A stretch of 64,000 nucleotides of DNA, from positions 33,542,001 through 33,606,000 of the forward strand of contig NC_081377.1 in NCBI RefSeq assembly GCF_030684315.1, written 5' to 3'. Below the pieces are notes generated by a model, which saw only the letters and a list, made by a program, of their open reading frames with translations, was not told where the DNA came from and searched no databases. The translations under genes and the position numbers were made by a program. Of the stretch, positions 11,010 to 22,859 are shown in pieces; within the stretch, counting starts at the first letter, position 1, and each line of letters starts with the position of its first letter. Source of the DNA: Stegostoma tigrinum (Eukaryota).

Positions 11010-13560
11010 CAACAACATAAAACCATATCACTTTTCCACCTCTTCTTCAGTTCTGAAGAGAATGTTAGCATCATAAAATGAACTTTATTTCTCTCTCCAA
11101 AAATATTGCCAGACCTGCTGAGTTTCTTCAGAATTTTCTGTTTTAGTTTCAATTCTCCACTATCTGCAGTGGTCTTAGAGTCATACAGCATAGAAACTGG
11201 TCCTTCAGCCCCGCACATCCATGGTGACCAACAAACACCAAATTACACTAATCCCATTTACCTGCACTTGGTCCATAGCCTACAATGCCCTGGCATTTTA
11301 AATATTCGTTTAAATATTATGAGAGTACCTGCTCCATCACTCTGTCAGGCAGCAGACTGCATACATTTACCACCCTCTGGATGATTTTTTTTCTTAGATC
11401 TCTGCTAAACCACTTGCTCCCACCTTAAACTTATGCTCTCTGGTTTTAGACACGTCTACCACGGAGGAGATTCTCACAATCTACTCTGTCTGTGCTTAGT
11501 TTTATATGCCTCAATTACATTCTCCCTCAGCGTCCTCTGCTCCAAGGAAAACAAACACAGCCTATCCAGTTGCTCATCATAACTGAAACTTTTCATCCGA
11601 GGCAAAATCCTGGAGAATGTCCTCTGCACCCTCTCCAGTGTATTATTAGTGTGGCTGACGAAAGCATCACACAGTATTCCAACTGTGGACAAACCAATCT
11701 TTTATAAAGTTGTAACAAGCATTCCATGATCCTACATTGTAGAATCGTAGAATCTCTAGTGTGGAAGCTGGTCATTTAGCCCATCAAGTCCACACCAACC
11801 CTGTGAAGGGCATCCTACCCAGACCGTCCCTCCACCATCATCCCTTGCCTCCTATTTGTATACCAATTTTGGGTACAGTTTTCCAACTCGGCTTCAATTC
11901 CATGAGTTCTTATATATTGAACCAGCTTTCCATATGAGACTTTGTCTGAAGTCTGTGTAAACCACATCAACATTTTCAGTCACCTTTTCAAAAAACTCAA
12001 TTAAAAGTCAGACAGGATCACCCTGTAACAAATCTGTGCTGACTATCCCTCATCAATCCCTGCCTTTCCAGATTTTGATTAATCCTGCTATTCAAAACTT
12101 TTTCCAGTAATTTCCTGATCACTCACATCAGACTAACTGGCCTGTAATCACCTGACCTATCCCTTCAGCCCTTCTTGAACTAAAGAACCACATCAGTGAT
12201 CTTCCACTTCACCTGCAGCCAGTGAAGTACCCTTACAACTCAACCTCCTAACCAGCTTTGTATTATCTGCAAACTTGGAGTTATTAAATTTAATTCCCTC
12301 ATCTGAGGTCCAAGCCCTGATGCCTGCAGTAGCCCACTGGTCATTGGCTAACACTTGGAAAATGACATATTTATTCCTACTCTGTTTCCTGCCTGCCAGT
12401 AGTTCTCTATCCATGTCAGTACACTACCCCAATGCCATGCATTTTCATTTTACATGCTGATTTTTTTTACATGGGGCCTTATTGACCACCTTCTGATAGT
12501 CCAAGTTAACCACATCCACCAGATCTCCCTTATCAACTCTATCAGCTACATCCTGGAAAAACTCCAATAGATTTGTCAATTATGATTTCCCTTTTGTAAA
12601 TCCATGTTGACTGTCTGACTGTCACTGTTTTCCATTGCTTTGCTATTAGATCTTTTCATAATTGATTCTAGTGCTTTCCGATGACCGGTCAGGCTAATTA
12701 GTCTACAACTCCTTGTTTTCTCTCTACCTCCTTTTCTAAAACAGTGAGGCTACATTAACAAGTCTCCAATCCATAAGAACTGTGCCAGAGTTGATAGAAT
12801 CTTGAAAGATAACCACCAATGCATCCACTAATTTCTGACATGCAGACTATCAGGACTGGTGATATGTCAGTCTTTATTGCCTCAATTTTCCACCATTTCT
12901 TTACTAAATGACTTCCTACTGTTTTTCTCACTCACTATAGACTACGTAGTCACCAATATTTTTGGGGCATTATTTGAGTCCTTTGTGAAGCCAGAACCAA
13001 AATATGTATTTAATTTGTCTTCCTTCTCTTTGTTCCCCATTATAACTTCCCGTTTCAGTTGTAAGAATCCTACATTTGTCTTCTTTTTGCATACCTCCTT
13101 TAGGGCTTGCGTTATTTTGAGCCCTCAGTATCTGTCATCAGCCTCCCTTTATCTCTTGATCCACTTCTGTACATCCTTAACATCAATAATTCACTGGCTT
13201 TGCTGGTCCTACACTGTATTTTATTGGAATATTTTGAGACTGTACTCTCATTTTCTTTGAGAGTGCATCCAAGATTTGACGTAGATTTACCAAAAAATAT
13301 CCACTTCCAGTCCACTGATCGCATTAAAACTAGCCTTCCTCCAGTTTCAAACCTTGATTTCAGGCACATATTTGTCCTTTTCCATGACAATCTTGAATCT
13401 AACAGTTAGGATCACTGTCTGAAAAATACTCTCCCTCTGATACTTCAGCCATTTGCATAGCCTCATTTCCTAAAATTAAGTCCAAGACTGCCCACTCTCT
13501 TGTAGGGTTTTCTACGTGCTGGCTTAAAATGCTGTCCTGGATATTTCTAAAACTTTCACC
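11010..13560 (-). mobile_element. Mosaic of degenerate CR1 LINE fragments preceded by a short Penelope terminus
   Basis: RT remnants LERVQRTFSRILPRMKSFSYDEQLDRL, LVCPQLEYCV, SKFADNTKL; Penelope terminus at 11010-11172. Confidence 0.75.
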
Positions 13561-15038
13561 CTATGACTAGCACGATGTCTTCATTTAAAATGTATGTTTT
13601 AGGATGCTATGGATTGTCTTGGTTGCCGGGGGCAATTTGTCTTTGCTGTTGGAATGTGAGAAAAGCTTTTGGAGCAGATTGTTAGATGTGGATTCATCTT
13701 GTGCCTCAAAGAAATGGAAGTTCTTCATAAAAATATTGCCATATTAACATGTGAATGTCATGTACTCTAGTGATTGCTTTCTTCACTTATTTTAATTGTA
13801 TCCTTGAGTGTAGCTCTCAAATTTTGTGTTGCTCACGCCCTGTTGTCACTCCCCACCTTTCCCCTCTCAGCCCAAGCCTCACAGCATCACTGATGCTGAT
13901 CTGATATCAACAGAAGGAAAGAGCCAGGGATGACAAGGGGGAGAAGTGGCAGAAGAATAGGAGTAGTAATGAGGTTATGGGCGGCCCTGGGATGCAGGTA
14001 CAGGCAGGGTAAGTTTGGGGGGGGCAGGAGTGGGTGTTTAACGACAATACAGAGACATTGCTCTAGATGTAAAGGACTATATTTTTGGCAGACTCCACAA
14101 CTACTAAGAACATAACTAATAAATTCATGCAAAAAGTAAATATGAGTACAGGACCAACAATCTATTTCCAGGCACTAATAGGTCCTGATGGGACAATCAA
14201 TCAGTTGAGACTCCATCTCAGCATTCATCACTATTGAAAGAGGAGATCTAGGCCTTCATGTCAGCAACTTGGTGTTATCAACATAGGAAAGTAAGGTTTG
14301 ATGCTTTTTCATTGTCGATTATTTGTCTGATTTGAATTTTTAAAAAGTGTCTCTTAACTGAAAATGACCATCTAACAACAGGAAATACTTTGTTCTTGGA
14401 CATCACATTGAATGAAGAAGGCAAAACTGAATGAAATCAGCATGTCTGCAAGCAGAAAAGACAATTCCTTCTCCAAATTGTGCATAATTTGATTTACATG
14501 GAACAGAGAGTTCTTAGGAAGAACAAGGCTTAACAAGAAAATGAAATCTCTTCTAGAAGTTGAAATGAATCAGCAAAAGAACAACAATAAAGCAGATTAG
14601 AAATATTTTATGAAAAATACTTGGTTCAATGACTTGCTGTTAATATTCTTCAACACTGGATTTTAACTTGGTCTAAGGCACTGAATCAGATACAATGTTT
14701 TCAGGTGCTGTCAACCTTATCAAGAGGTACAAGATGACCATTTGTCCTATTGAATTATGATACAAGTGCCAGAGTGAAAGTATGAACCATTCTTATTCTT
14801 TCAAAGGCAAATCAAAGTGCAACATCATCACACCATTCATTATTTATTAATCTCATTGTGTTGTGCTTGTTTTATATTCCTACACAGGATGGGGAACAAA
14901 TCATGAAAAATAAATTATTGAGCTGACCTGAGATGTACAATTTTAAGAAATCAAGGCACTAAAAAGTCAAAATGCTTGTGCAATAGAAGATAAGAATTTT
15001 ATGCTGCTTTGGTCTCGGTCAGGTTTTTTAAATGTTAC

Positions 15039-15059
15039 TTATTATTATTATTATTATTA
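15039..15059 (+). repeat. (TTA)7 microsatellite
   Basis: TTATTATTATTATTATTATTA read directly. Confidence 0.9.
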
Positions 15060-15426
15060 CTTTCTTGCAGCATTCAACTTGGTGTTTTTTGTTTATTTTA
15101 TTTGTTCATTCATCTTAAACCGAGCAGTACATAGTAATGGATCAAGTGTGCGTAGACGTTCCAACAAGCAATTTTAATTGCATTTAATTGGAAAATGAAA
15201 ATTAGGGTCACTGTATAAGTCATCATAAAAGACTGTATTAGTCAATACTTGGCTTATCATTGGTATTTTCTATTAACCACCATGATTGTTAAAGATCCAA
15301 GATCTTAGGTTGGTTAAAATGTAAAACATCGATACAGCTGTCCTTCACAAATATCAGTTTGAGCACAACTTACATCCATTTTATGAATAAGTTGCAATTT
15401 TTAAAAAAGATACTACCTCAAACAGT

Positions 15427-17880
15427 GGGCTGAATTTCATAATTTGACAATGTCAATTTTGTTGAGTTTCATGGAGCGTTTCGCTCCATGAGGCATGGTG
15501 AGATTTCTTGCATTATCATCCCAAACACGTCATATTAGTTAGTGACACCAGCTTGATTCTTCCATTCACAGGAGTTTCTGGTCACTGTTGGGATATCACA
15601 AATGACAGCCATCCCTGGCACTGGTGCCAATTCAAAAAGACCATTAGTACGGTTCTTGCAGACTGTGGTAGGGTCACTAGCTCTGTACCAAGGGGCCCAT
15701 GTTCATGTCCCACTTGCCCCAGAGATGTGTGATAACATTTCTGAACAACTAAATAGAAAATTAAACAAAAGCCATTTGCGCAGCTGGGCAAGTGCAGGCT
15801 TTCTGGAGCTGGTTCACACGTGAGGGTAGATGAAGGGAAAGAACATAGAACACAGAAAAGTACAGCACAGTACAGGCCCTTCGGCCCACGATGTTGTGCC
15901 GCGGAATAATCCTAATCCAAAAATAAAATAACCTAACCTACATTCCCCTCAATTCACTGCTGTCCATGTGCATTGTCCAGCAGTCGCTTAAATGTCACTA
16001 ATGACTCCGCTTCCACGACTACCACTGGCAAAGTATTCCATGCGCTCACAACTCTCTGGGTGAAGAACGTCCCTCTGACGTCTCCTCTATACCTTCCTCC
16101 TAACACCTTAAAACTATGACCCCTTGTGGCAGTCAATCCTGCCCTGGGAAAAGGTCTCTGGCTATCAACTCTACCCATGCCTCTCATTATCTTGTACACC
16201 TTGATCAGGTCACCTCTCTTCCTCCTTCTCTCCAGAGAGAAAAGTCCGAGCTCAGTCAACCTCTCCTCGTAAGACAAGCCCTCCAGTCCAGGCAGCATCC
16301 TGGTAAACCTCCTTTGCACCCTCTCCAAAGCCTCCACATCTTTCCTATAATAGGGCGACCAGAACCGGACACAATATTCCAAGTGTGGTCTCACCAGGGT
16401 TTTGTAGAGCTGCAGCATAACCTCACGGCTCTTAAACTCAATTCCCCTGTTAATGAAAGCCAAAACACCATATGCCTTCTTAACAACCTTATCCACTTGG
16501 GTGGGAACTTTGAGGGAGCTATGCACTTGAACACCAAGATCCCGCTGTTCCTCCACACTGCCAAGAATCCTGCCTTTAATCCTATATTCAGCATTTAAGT
16601 TCGACCTTCCAAAATGCATCACTTCGCACTTATCCAGGTTGAACTCCATCTGCCATTTCTCAGCCCACCTCTGCATACTGTCAATGTCTCGCTGAAGCGT
16701 GCAATAGCCCTCGATACTATCAATGGCACCTCCAACCTTTGTGTCATCAGCAAACATACTAACCCTCCCCTCAACCTCCTCATCCAAGTCATTTATAAAA
16801 ACTACAAAGAGCAGAGGCCCAAGAACAGAGCCCTGCGGACCACCACTCAGCAGTGACCTCCAGGCAGAATACTTACCATCTACAACCACTCTCTGCCTCC
16901 TGTCAGCCAGCCAATTCTGAATCCAGACAGCCAGATCACCCTGTATCCCATACCTCCTGACTTTATGAATGAAATCGGCACTCTGCTTAACAGCCACAGA
17001 GCCTGGGCTCCTGCTGGGTGACATCGGAGAGGAAGGATGTTCTCGTCACGCAAGGACTGCCAGAGGAGACAATGTTATCAAACTTGCCTGCTTGGTCTGG
17101 GGGTCACTATCTCAGTCAATGCAATTTTTGAAGTTTAGAGGAATGCCCAGCAGAGCAGGGGGAAGGTCAATAACCTCTTCTGCTCCACCCAGGTTAAGTG
17201 CCACCAACTTCTCTACTACCTCTCTCACACACACTCACTATCTCTGCTCCTGCTCCTCTTACCAAGGCTCATCTTGTATTAATTTCACTGTTGCATACAA
17301 CATCTTCTCTTACACACACAAACCCAAACACCCTCTTTTTTTTGTCAGGGTGTTTGTAGAATGAACATGAGAGAACAACTGCTGCTGGAATGCAGCAACA
17401 CCACAGGAAATCTGCAGTCTCTAGTATGCAATTGTCTGGATGCCTTCATGAACAGGTTGGTAGCTGCCTTGGACAGCCAGGTCCAACAGTCTCAGGGTGT
17501 GGATTCGTGGGCAACTGTACACTCCATTATAATAGCTATTGGATCCCCAGCACCAATGGCAAGGTGGCAGGAGGACCAGGGACTCTGACATCACACAAGG
17601 TGCCCCTTCTTTACAAGGAGGAACAAGAAAGTGCCAGTTGGCACCCAGCTAGAGGAACTACACCTAAGACCCCCAGAGATCTCTCACAAGGGACTCCACA
17701 AATAGCACTGCCTTTCACCTCCATCCTGTCTGGCACCCTCATCCCTAGAGGAGTGCAAGGTGAGGAGGGGCACTTGCCTCTGGCAAGGACACACTCAGCA
17801 TATCACTAGACATACTCAATGGCAGGTTCCCTCCACCACAGCCGCAGACCCAGCGACTATGCTGAGACATACGGGGAGGG
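15427..17880 (+). mobile_element. Probable PIF/Harbinger remnant (Myb/SANT-like ORF) split by the CR1 insertion at 15842-16970
   Basis: GGGCTGAATTTC TIR-like start at 15427; rejoined across the LINE it reads GKSALCLT..LLL..ERKDVL...QQSRGKVNNLF then GTTAAGT, resembling MSANTD/Harbinger Myb motifs; heavily frameshifted. Confidence 0.4.
15842..16970 (-). mobile_element. Young 5'-truncated CR1 LINE (HER1-like) with uninterrupted RT C-terminal frame
   Basis: ORF 15954-17024: PQGSVLGPLLF, MFADDTK, RPHLEYC, RGHSFK, FFTQRVVSAWN; TTCTATG-type tail at 15842. Confidence 0.93.
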
Positions 17881-17899
17881 GAAAAAAAAAGACAGACAA

Positions 17900-18265
17900 T
17901 CTTTCTGGATTGAAGGAGTTGACTGATTGTGAACAACTAAACAGGCTGGACCTTTATTTATTGGAATTTAGAAGAAGGAAGGGTGACCTTATTGAAACAC
18001 AAGATTTGAGGGGGGCTTTACAGAAATGATGCTCTGATGTTTCCACTAGTGAGGCAATCTCAAACTACAGCACATGGTTATAGAAAAAGGGAAAATGTAT
18101 TTAAAAATGAGAGTGTCACATAGGTGTACAGCATGGGAACAGACCCTTCGGACCACCTCATCCAGAAGAATGGATGCGCGGTGCAGATGGGCCATGTTAT
18201 TGAATGGCAGAGCAGGCTTGAAGGCCAGAATAGCCTATTCCTGATCCTATTGCATATGCTGATAT
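17900..18265 (+). mobile_element. Degenerate CR1 LINE 3' fragment
   Basis: GLKELTDCEQLNRLDLYLLEFRRRKGDLIET; tail GCAGGCTTGAAGGCCAGAATAGCCTATTCCTG. Confidence 0.7.
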
Positions 18266-18329
18266 GCACTGATGGGACATTGGTGGTACAGATGAGATGA
18301 CCATAGTTAAATACTCAATGTTTGTAAAC

Positions 18330-18718
18330 AGGTCCAAGCTCAAGCCGGCCTGGGAGACGAGTCACGGGAAGCAGTCTGAGTCCAGGCCTGCCAGGGAGAC
18401 TAGTCCTGGTGGTGGGTCCTGGGCCAGGACCAGCACGAGGAGGCAGTGAGGCCTCGAGTTCTGAAGCCTGGTGGGCACAGACTCAGCGAATAGGACTGTA
18501 GTCCCAGTACTTTACAAAGATACTTTTATTCTTGACTTTGAGTAATTGAAGTACTTTTTAAAACTTTATATTCCTATGCTAGACTATATTTTTACTCTTT
18601 CCATTCTGTAACAAAGTAGCTGTACCAAGGGATCCTCACCTAAGTTGGGGCCAAAGAAACAACATTACAAACTTTTCACTGCACTCATTTCAGAGCACGT
18701 GACAATAAATTCAAATTT
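18330..18718 (+). mobile_element. SINE/LINE-like remnant with a Rex-Babar-like 3' tail
   Basis: GC-rich body; ends CTTTTCACTGCACTC..CACGTGACAATAAATTCAAATT; family recognised by eye only. Confidence 0.4.
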
Positions 18719-18782
18719 GTGCTCAATACTGACTATCACGTTTATGCAAGTCTCTTTCTATCTGCCTTGCCATATAGGTGAA

Positions 18783-19598
18783 TCATATAACATAGAACAT
18801 TACAGCACAGTACAGGCCCTTCAGCCCGCGATGTTGTGCCGACCTGTCATACCGATCTCAAGCCCATTTAACCGACACTACTACATGTACGTCCATATGC
18901 TTGTCCAATGACGACTTAAATGTACCTAAAGTTGGCGAATCTAAAACCGTTGCAGGCAAAGCGTTCCATTCCCTTACTACTCTGAGTAAAGAAACTACCT
19001 CTGACATCTGTCCTATATCTTTCACCCCTCAATTTAAAGCTATGCCCCCTCGTGCTTGCCGTCACCATCCTAGGAAAAAGGCTCTCCCTGTCCACCCCAT
19101 CTAGCCCTCTGATTATTTTATATGTTTCAATTAAGTCACCTCTCAACCTTCTTCTCTCTCATGAAAACAGCCTCAAGTCCCTCAGCCTTTCCTCGGAAGA
19201 CCTTCCCTCCATATCAGGCAACATCCTAGTAAATCTCCTCTGCACCCTTTCCAAAGCTTCCACATCCTTCTTTTAATGCGGTGGCCAGAACTGTACACAA
19301 TACTCCAAGTGCGGCCGCACCAGAGTTTTGTACAGCTTCACCATAACCTCTTGGTTCTGGAACTCGATCCCTCTATTAATAAAAGCTAAAACACTGTATG
19401 CCTTCTTAACAGCCCTGTCAACCTGGGTGGCAACTTTCAAGGATCTGTGTACATGGACACCGAGATCTCTCTGCTCATCTACACTGCTAAGAATCTTGCC
19501 ATTAGCCTTGTACTTTGCCTTCTGGTTACTCCTACCAAAGTGCATAACCTCAAACTTGTCTGCATTAAACTCCATTTGCCACCTCTCAGCCCAGCTCC
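18783..19598 (-). mobile_element. 5'-truncated CR1 LINE with stop and frameshift
   Basis: SWAERWQMEFNADK..RPHLEYCVQFW; RGDLIETYKIIRGLD..RGHSFKL; same tail type as 15842. Confidence 0.9.
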
Positions 19599-22500
19599 CC
19601 AAACATCAAAACACTTCAGATAGTTCTCCCTATTAAGCCCATAGGCACAGGACCTCCAAGTCCCCACCCAATTCACCTATCCAAGTCTGCATTTGCCCAC
19701 CTTTCTCCCCAGTCCCAGACATATATGCCAGGTCTTGTAGTTCAATGACCCACCCTCTAATGGCTCAAACCTGAGATAATACCCAAGGAGTTACACATGC
19801 AGCAGCTATTTGCAACATGACCAGCACTTTTGGGCTTGCAGAACATGAGCGATGGGCGACCAACATTTAGAAAAAACAATCTGTAGGATCTAAGGGTTCT
19901 ATTTCAATCATAGCCAGTTTCTTTCGTATCATTCCCATGTGCCCCATTACAATTTCCAAATTTTGAAAGGATTTAATTCAAGTGTTTTAAATAAAATTAA
20001 TGTGTGAAATGTGTAACACAATTGCTGTCTTTTATTACAGGGTAATTCAAAACTTCTAAAAGTTGAACTCCTTAACAATTAACTTTGCTTTTTATTCACG
20101 ATAATATTGTGATCATGCAACAAGTATGAGTACTTGAACCCAACGTTGCTTTAATCTTCCATGAAAACTCCATGTAGCATCTGCAGAAACTCAGATTTTT
20201 CTGAAGTCTACATATATGCGGAACAACGAACCAGCTCTGCAAGCCAAACAACCACATGTTAACATGATTCTTCAGTGAGGGTAATGGATTATTAACCAAG
20301 TGGCTTGATAATTAATTTACACCAGCCTTTTCTTTAACGCTTGTAATTATAAAGTACAATAGTTAATATTTTAGTGGATACATATCATTAAGCAATTTGA
20401 TAAAAAGATTCAACAGAAAAGCTTATGCTGAGTCACTAGTATTTATTTAATTCTAAATTTCATACTGAAGAGAATTGAAATTTCAAATCTCTGCACACAC
20501 ATCAGAACCATTTATGCTCTCAGTTAACTGCCTTTGCACACAATATTTCATCATGATTGGTCAATTCCGAATTATGTATTCCAAAAGCAGTCATGTCCAA
20601 GTTAGTACGTATTTTATATTTATAAAATGAAAATAAAAGTGATAAATTATCCTTTTTATTGACATGAATTTTAGTCAGGTATTAAAACTGACTTGTAATC
20701 AGCTGGACCAAACTCTAACAATATCAATGGTCAATGCAACTGTTTCAAGTTTATTGTTAAATCATAATTTTTTTTTGAAAAAAGCATATTTGATACAAGT
20801 ATCAAACATGCCCTTCATTACACACCAACTCCAAGAAGTGTAATTTGCACTTTTGTCAATCAGCACAAGGAAATGAAAAGTAGGTGGCAATTTGCTCAGG
20901 ATTTTTACATCAATTATATTGTGCACTAACTGCAAATATTTCCTTTTTCTATTATATAATTAGTAAAATGGAATGGTTTAAAAGCTAGATTGCTGAATAG
21001 CCCTCATAATTCATCAATTAAATCCCAATAATAAGAGTTTTAAAAAGGAATGGCACATTTATAGTCCACCAACATCCTCTCCTACATTCTGTAACCTACC
21101 ACCACTGTTCCCTTCAACATTAATGTAAACTTGATATAATAAACTTGATAGTTGGCACATTGGTGTCTGGGAAAACATTGTCTTGGGCATCATAATTTTC
21201 AGATGGCTGAAATGATACAAAAAAAATGGTTAAGTAAATTGCAACTTCAACACAAATCTGACCATCAGATGGCTCACAATCAGATAAACATGACAGAATG
21301 TCGACAAACTATTAATATTGAAGTCAATAAGTACATTACACTTGTATTTTTACACGGTATTTATAAATGCTATTGCATATCCACTCACCTGTATACAAAT
21401 ACTTTTACCAACAGCATAGACTTTGCATTGATATTACTTTCACAACAGTTTTAGCCCATTTACTTCAGACAACCAACTTCTAAGCAGTTATAAAAAGTCA
21501 GAGATAAGAAAAGCCACCTCCCAACCTAACAGACTCTGCTTTCAGAACTCATTCTTAAAAATTATTTTTTAATGTCTAAGAAACAGATACACATCATCAT
21601 GAAATCTTCCACAAGATAGTGTATGTTTAAAATTAGTTCACTTATACACTTCATAAACATTTTGTAAATGGCACGTGTAGTTTTATATTAAAATAAACTG
21701 ACGAAGAAACTTTCCCATAATTATCTTTTGAAGCCTTAGGTTGGATCCTCCTATCATCACCACACTGGTTGGTTTAAAAAGTCTGCTGTACCTGTCACTG
21801 CTTTGAGCTTTTTATGATAAATATATCTTTTGTCTACATCCATTTGTCTTTTTCTTCACTGCTTATCTTTCAAATTCATTTGCTGCATCTACTTTACAAC
21901 ACTCCCGAACAAAATTAACAGCTGTATTTGTGCGAACCTGAACAATAGAGTACTTTTGGTTAAATATCTAATTTTACTCCCTACGTTACCACTGTTCTTA
22001 GTTACTGTTGTTACCCTTCGTTTAAATTTTGAAGGGCTATTTTTAAGTGGGATCTTTTTAAATAAATCCCACGTTACAGTGACTACACTTGAAAAGTAGT
22101 TTGTAGAACCAAGGCTCTATCCAGCACTGTATATCTGCAATATATAATTTGCCCTTTCAATTTCTCTTCTCAGATTGGACCAGATATGGATTACCTTTCT
22201 AATCTCCCTACAACTCTCTTGCTTAGCATCACTAAATGGACATGGTGTCAAAATTATTTCCAACTCAATGATGCAAAACAGAAAAATAAATTTTGCATTT
22301 TACAATGTATTAAAAACCGTCTTTGATGACTGAAATGTGTGTTTTTGAAGCCTCACAGGGGGAATGATGTTTGCATCTCCAGAAACATTTATCAGTGTCC
22401 TCTGGCAAATCTGAAAACCTGCTCTCTCCATCAGGGTGTCAAAATGGAAATTGAACAAGTGGACACAATTTTTGAAATGCCCAAGGAAGGAATAGGGAAA

Positions 22501-22859
22501 TAATCTAAAGTGGGCAGAAAAATAAACTTTTAATTGCTTTGCTTCGTTTGGAAATAGGCCAAATTAAAATTTCTGTTTCTGCCGACCAGTGGTAAAATTA
22601 AAATATTAGCATTGATAATATGCACCAGAGTATTGGTACAGAAAAACCCAAAACCTAAGGAAATAAACTAAATTCAAAAAATTACACAAGATTAAAATAG
22701 AAAATAAATGATTAAAGATGTACAAAAAACAGAAAAGATTAAAATAGCTAGCTAGACCAGAAAAAGGGAAATATTTCAAAACACTGAGAAATGTAATAAC
22801 ATCTAGGCCCATCAGAAACCTGAGACGACATGTGAGAAAGTATGATAGATAAGACCAAG

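Noticed and set aside
15954-17024. 356-aa ORF as a host gene
   Set aside because: It is the RT C-terminus of a 5'-truncated CR1; the first ~18 codons come from flanking DNA and the start is not a true initiator
21700-22280. Hidden coding exon on the minus strand
   Set aside because: Manual translation of the frames examined gave stops and no recognisable protein; the GT..AG pair at 22194-22136 is too short and purine-rich
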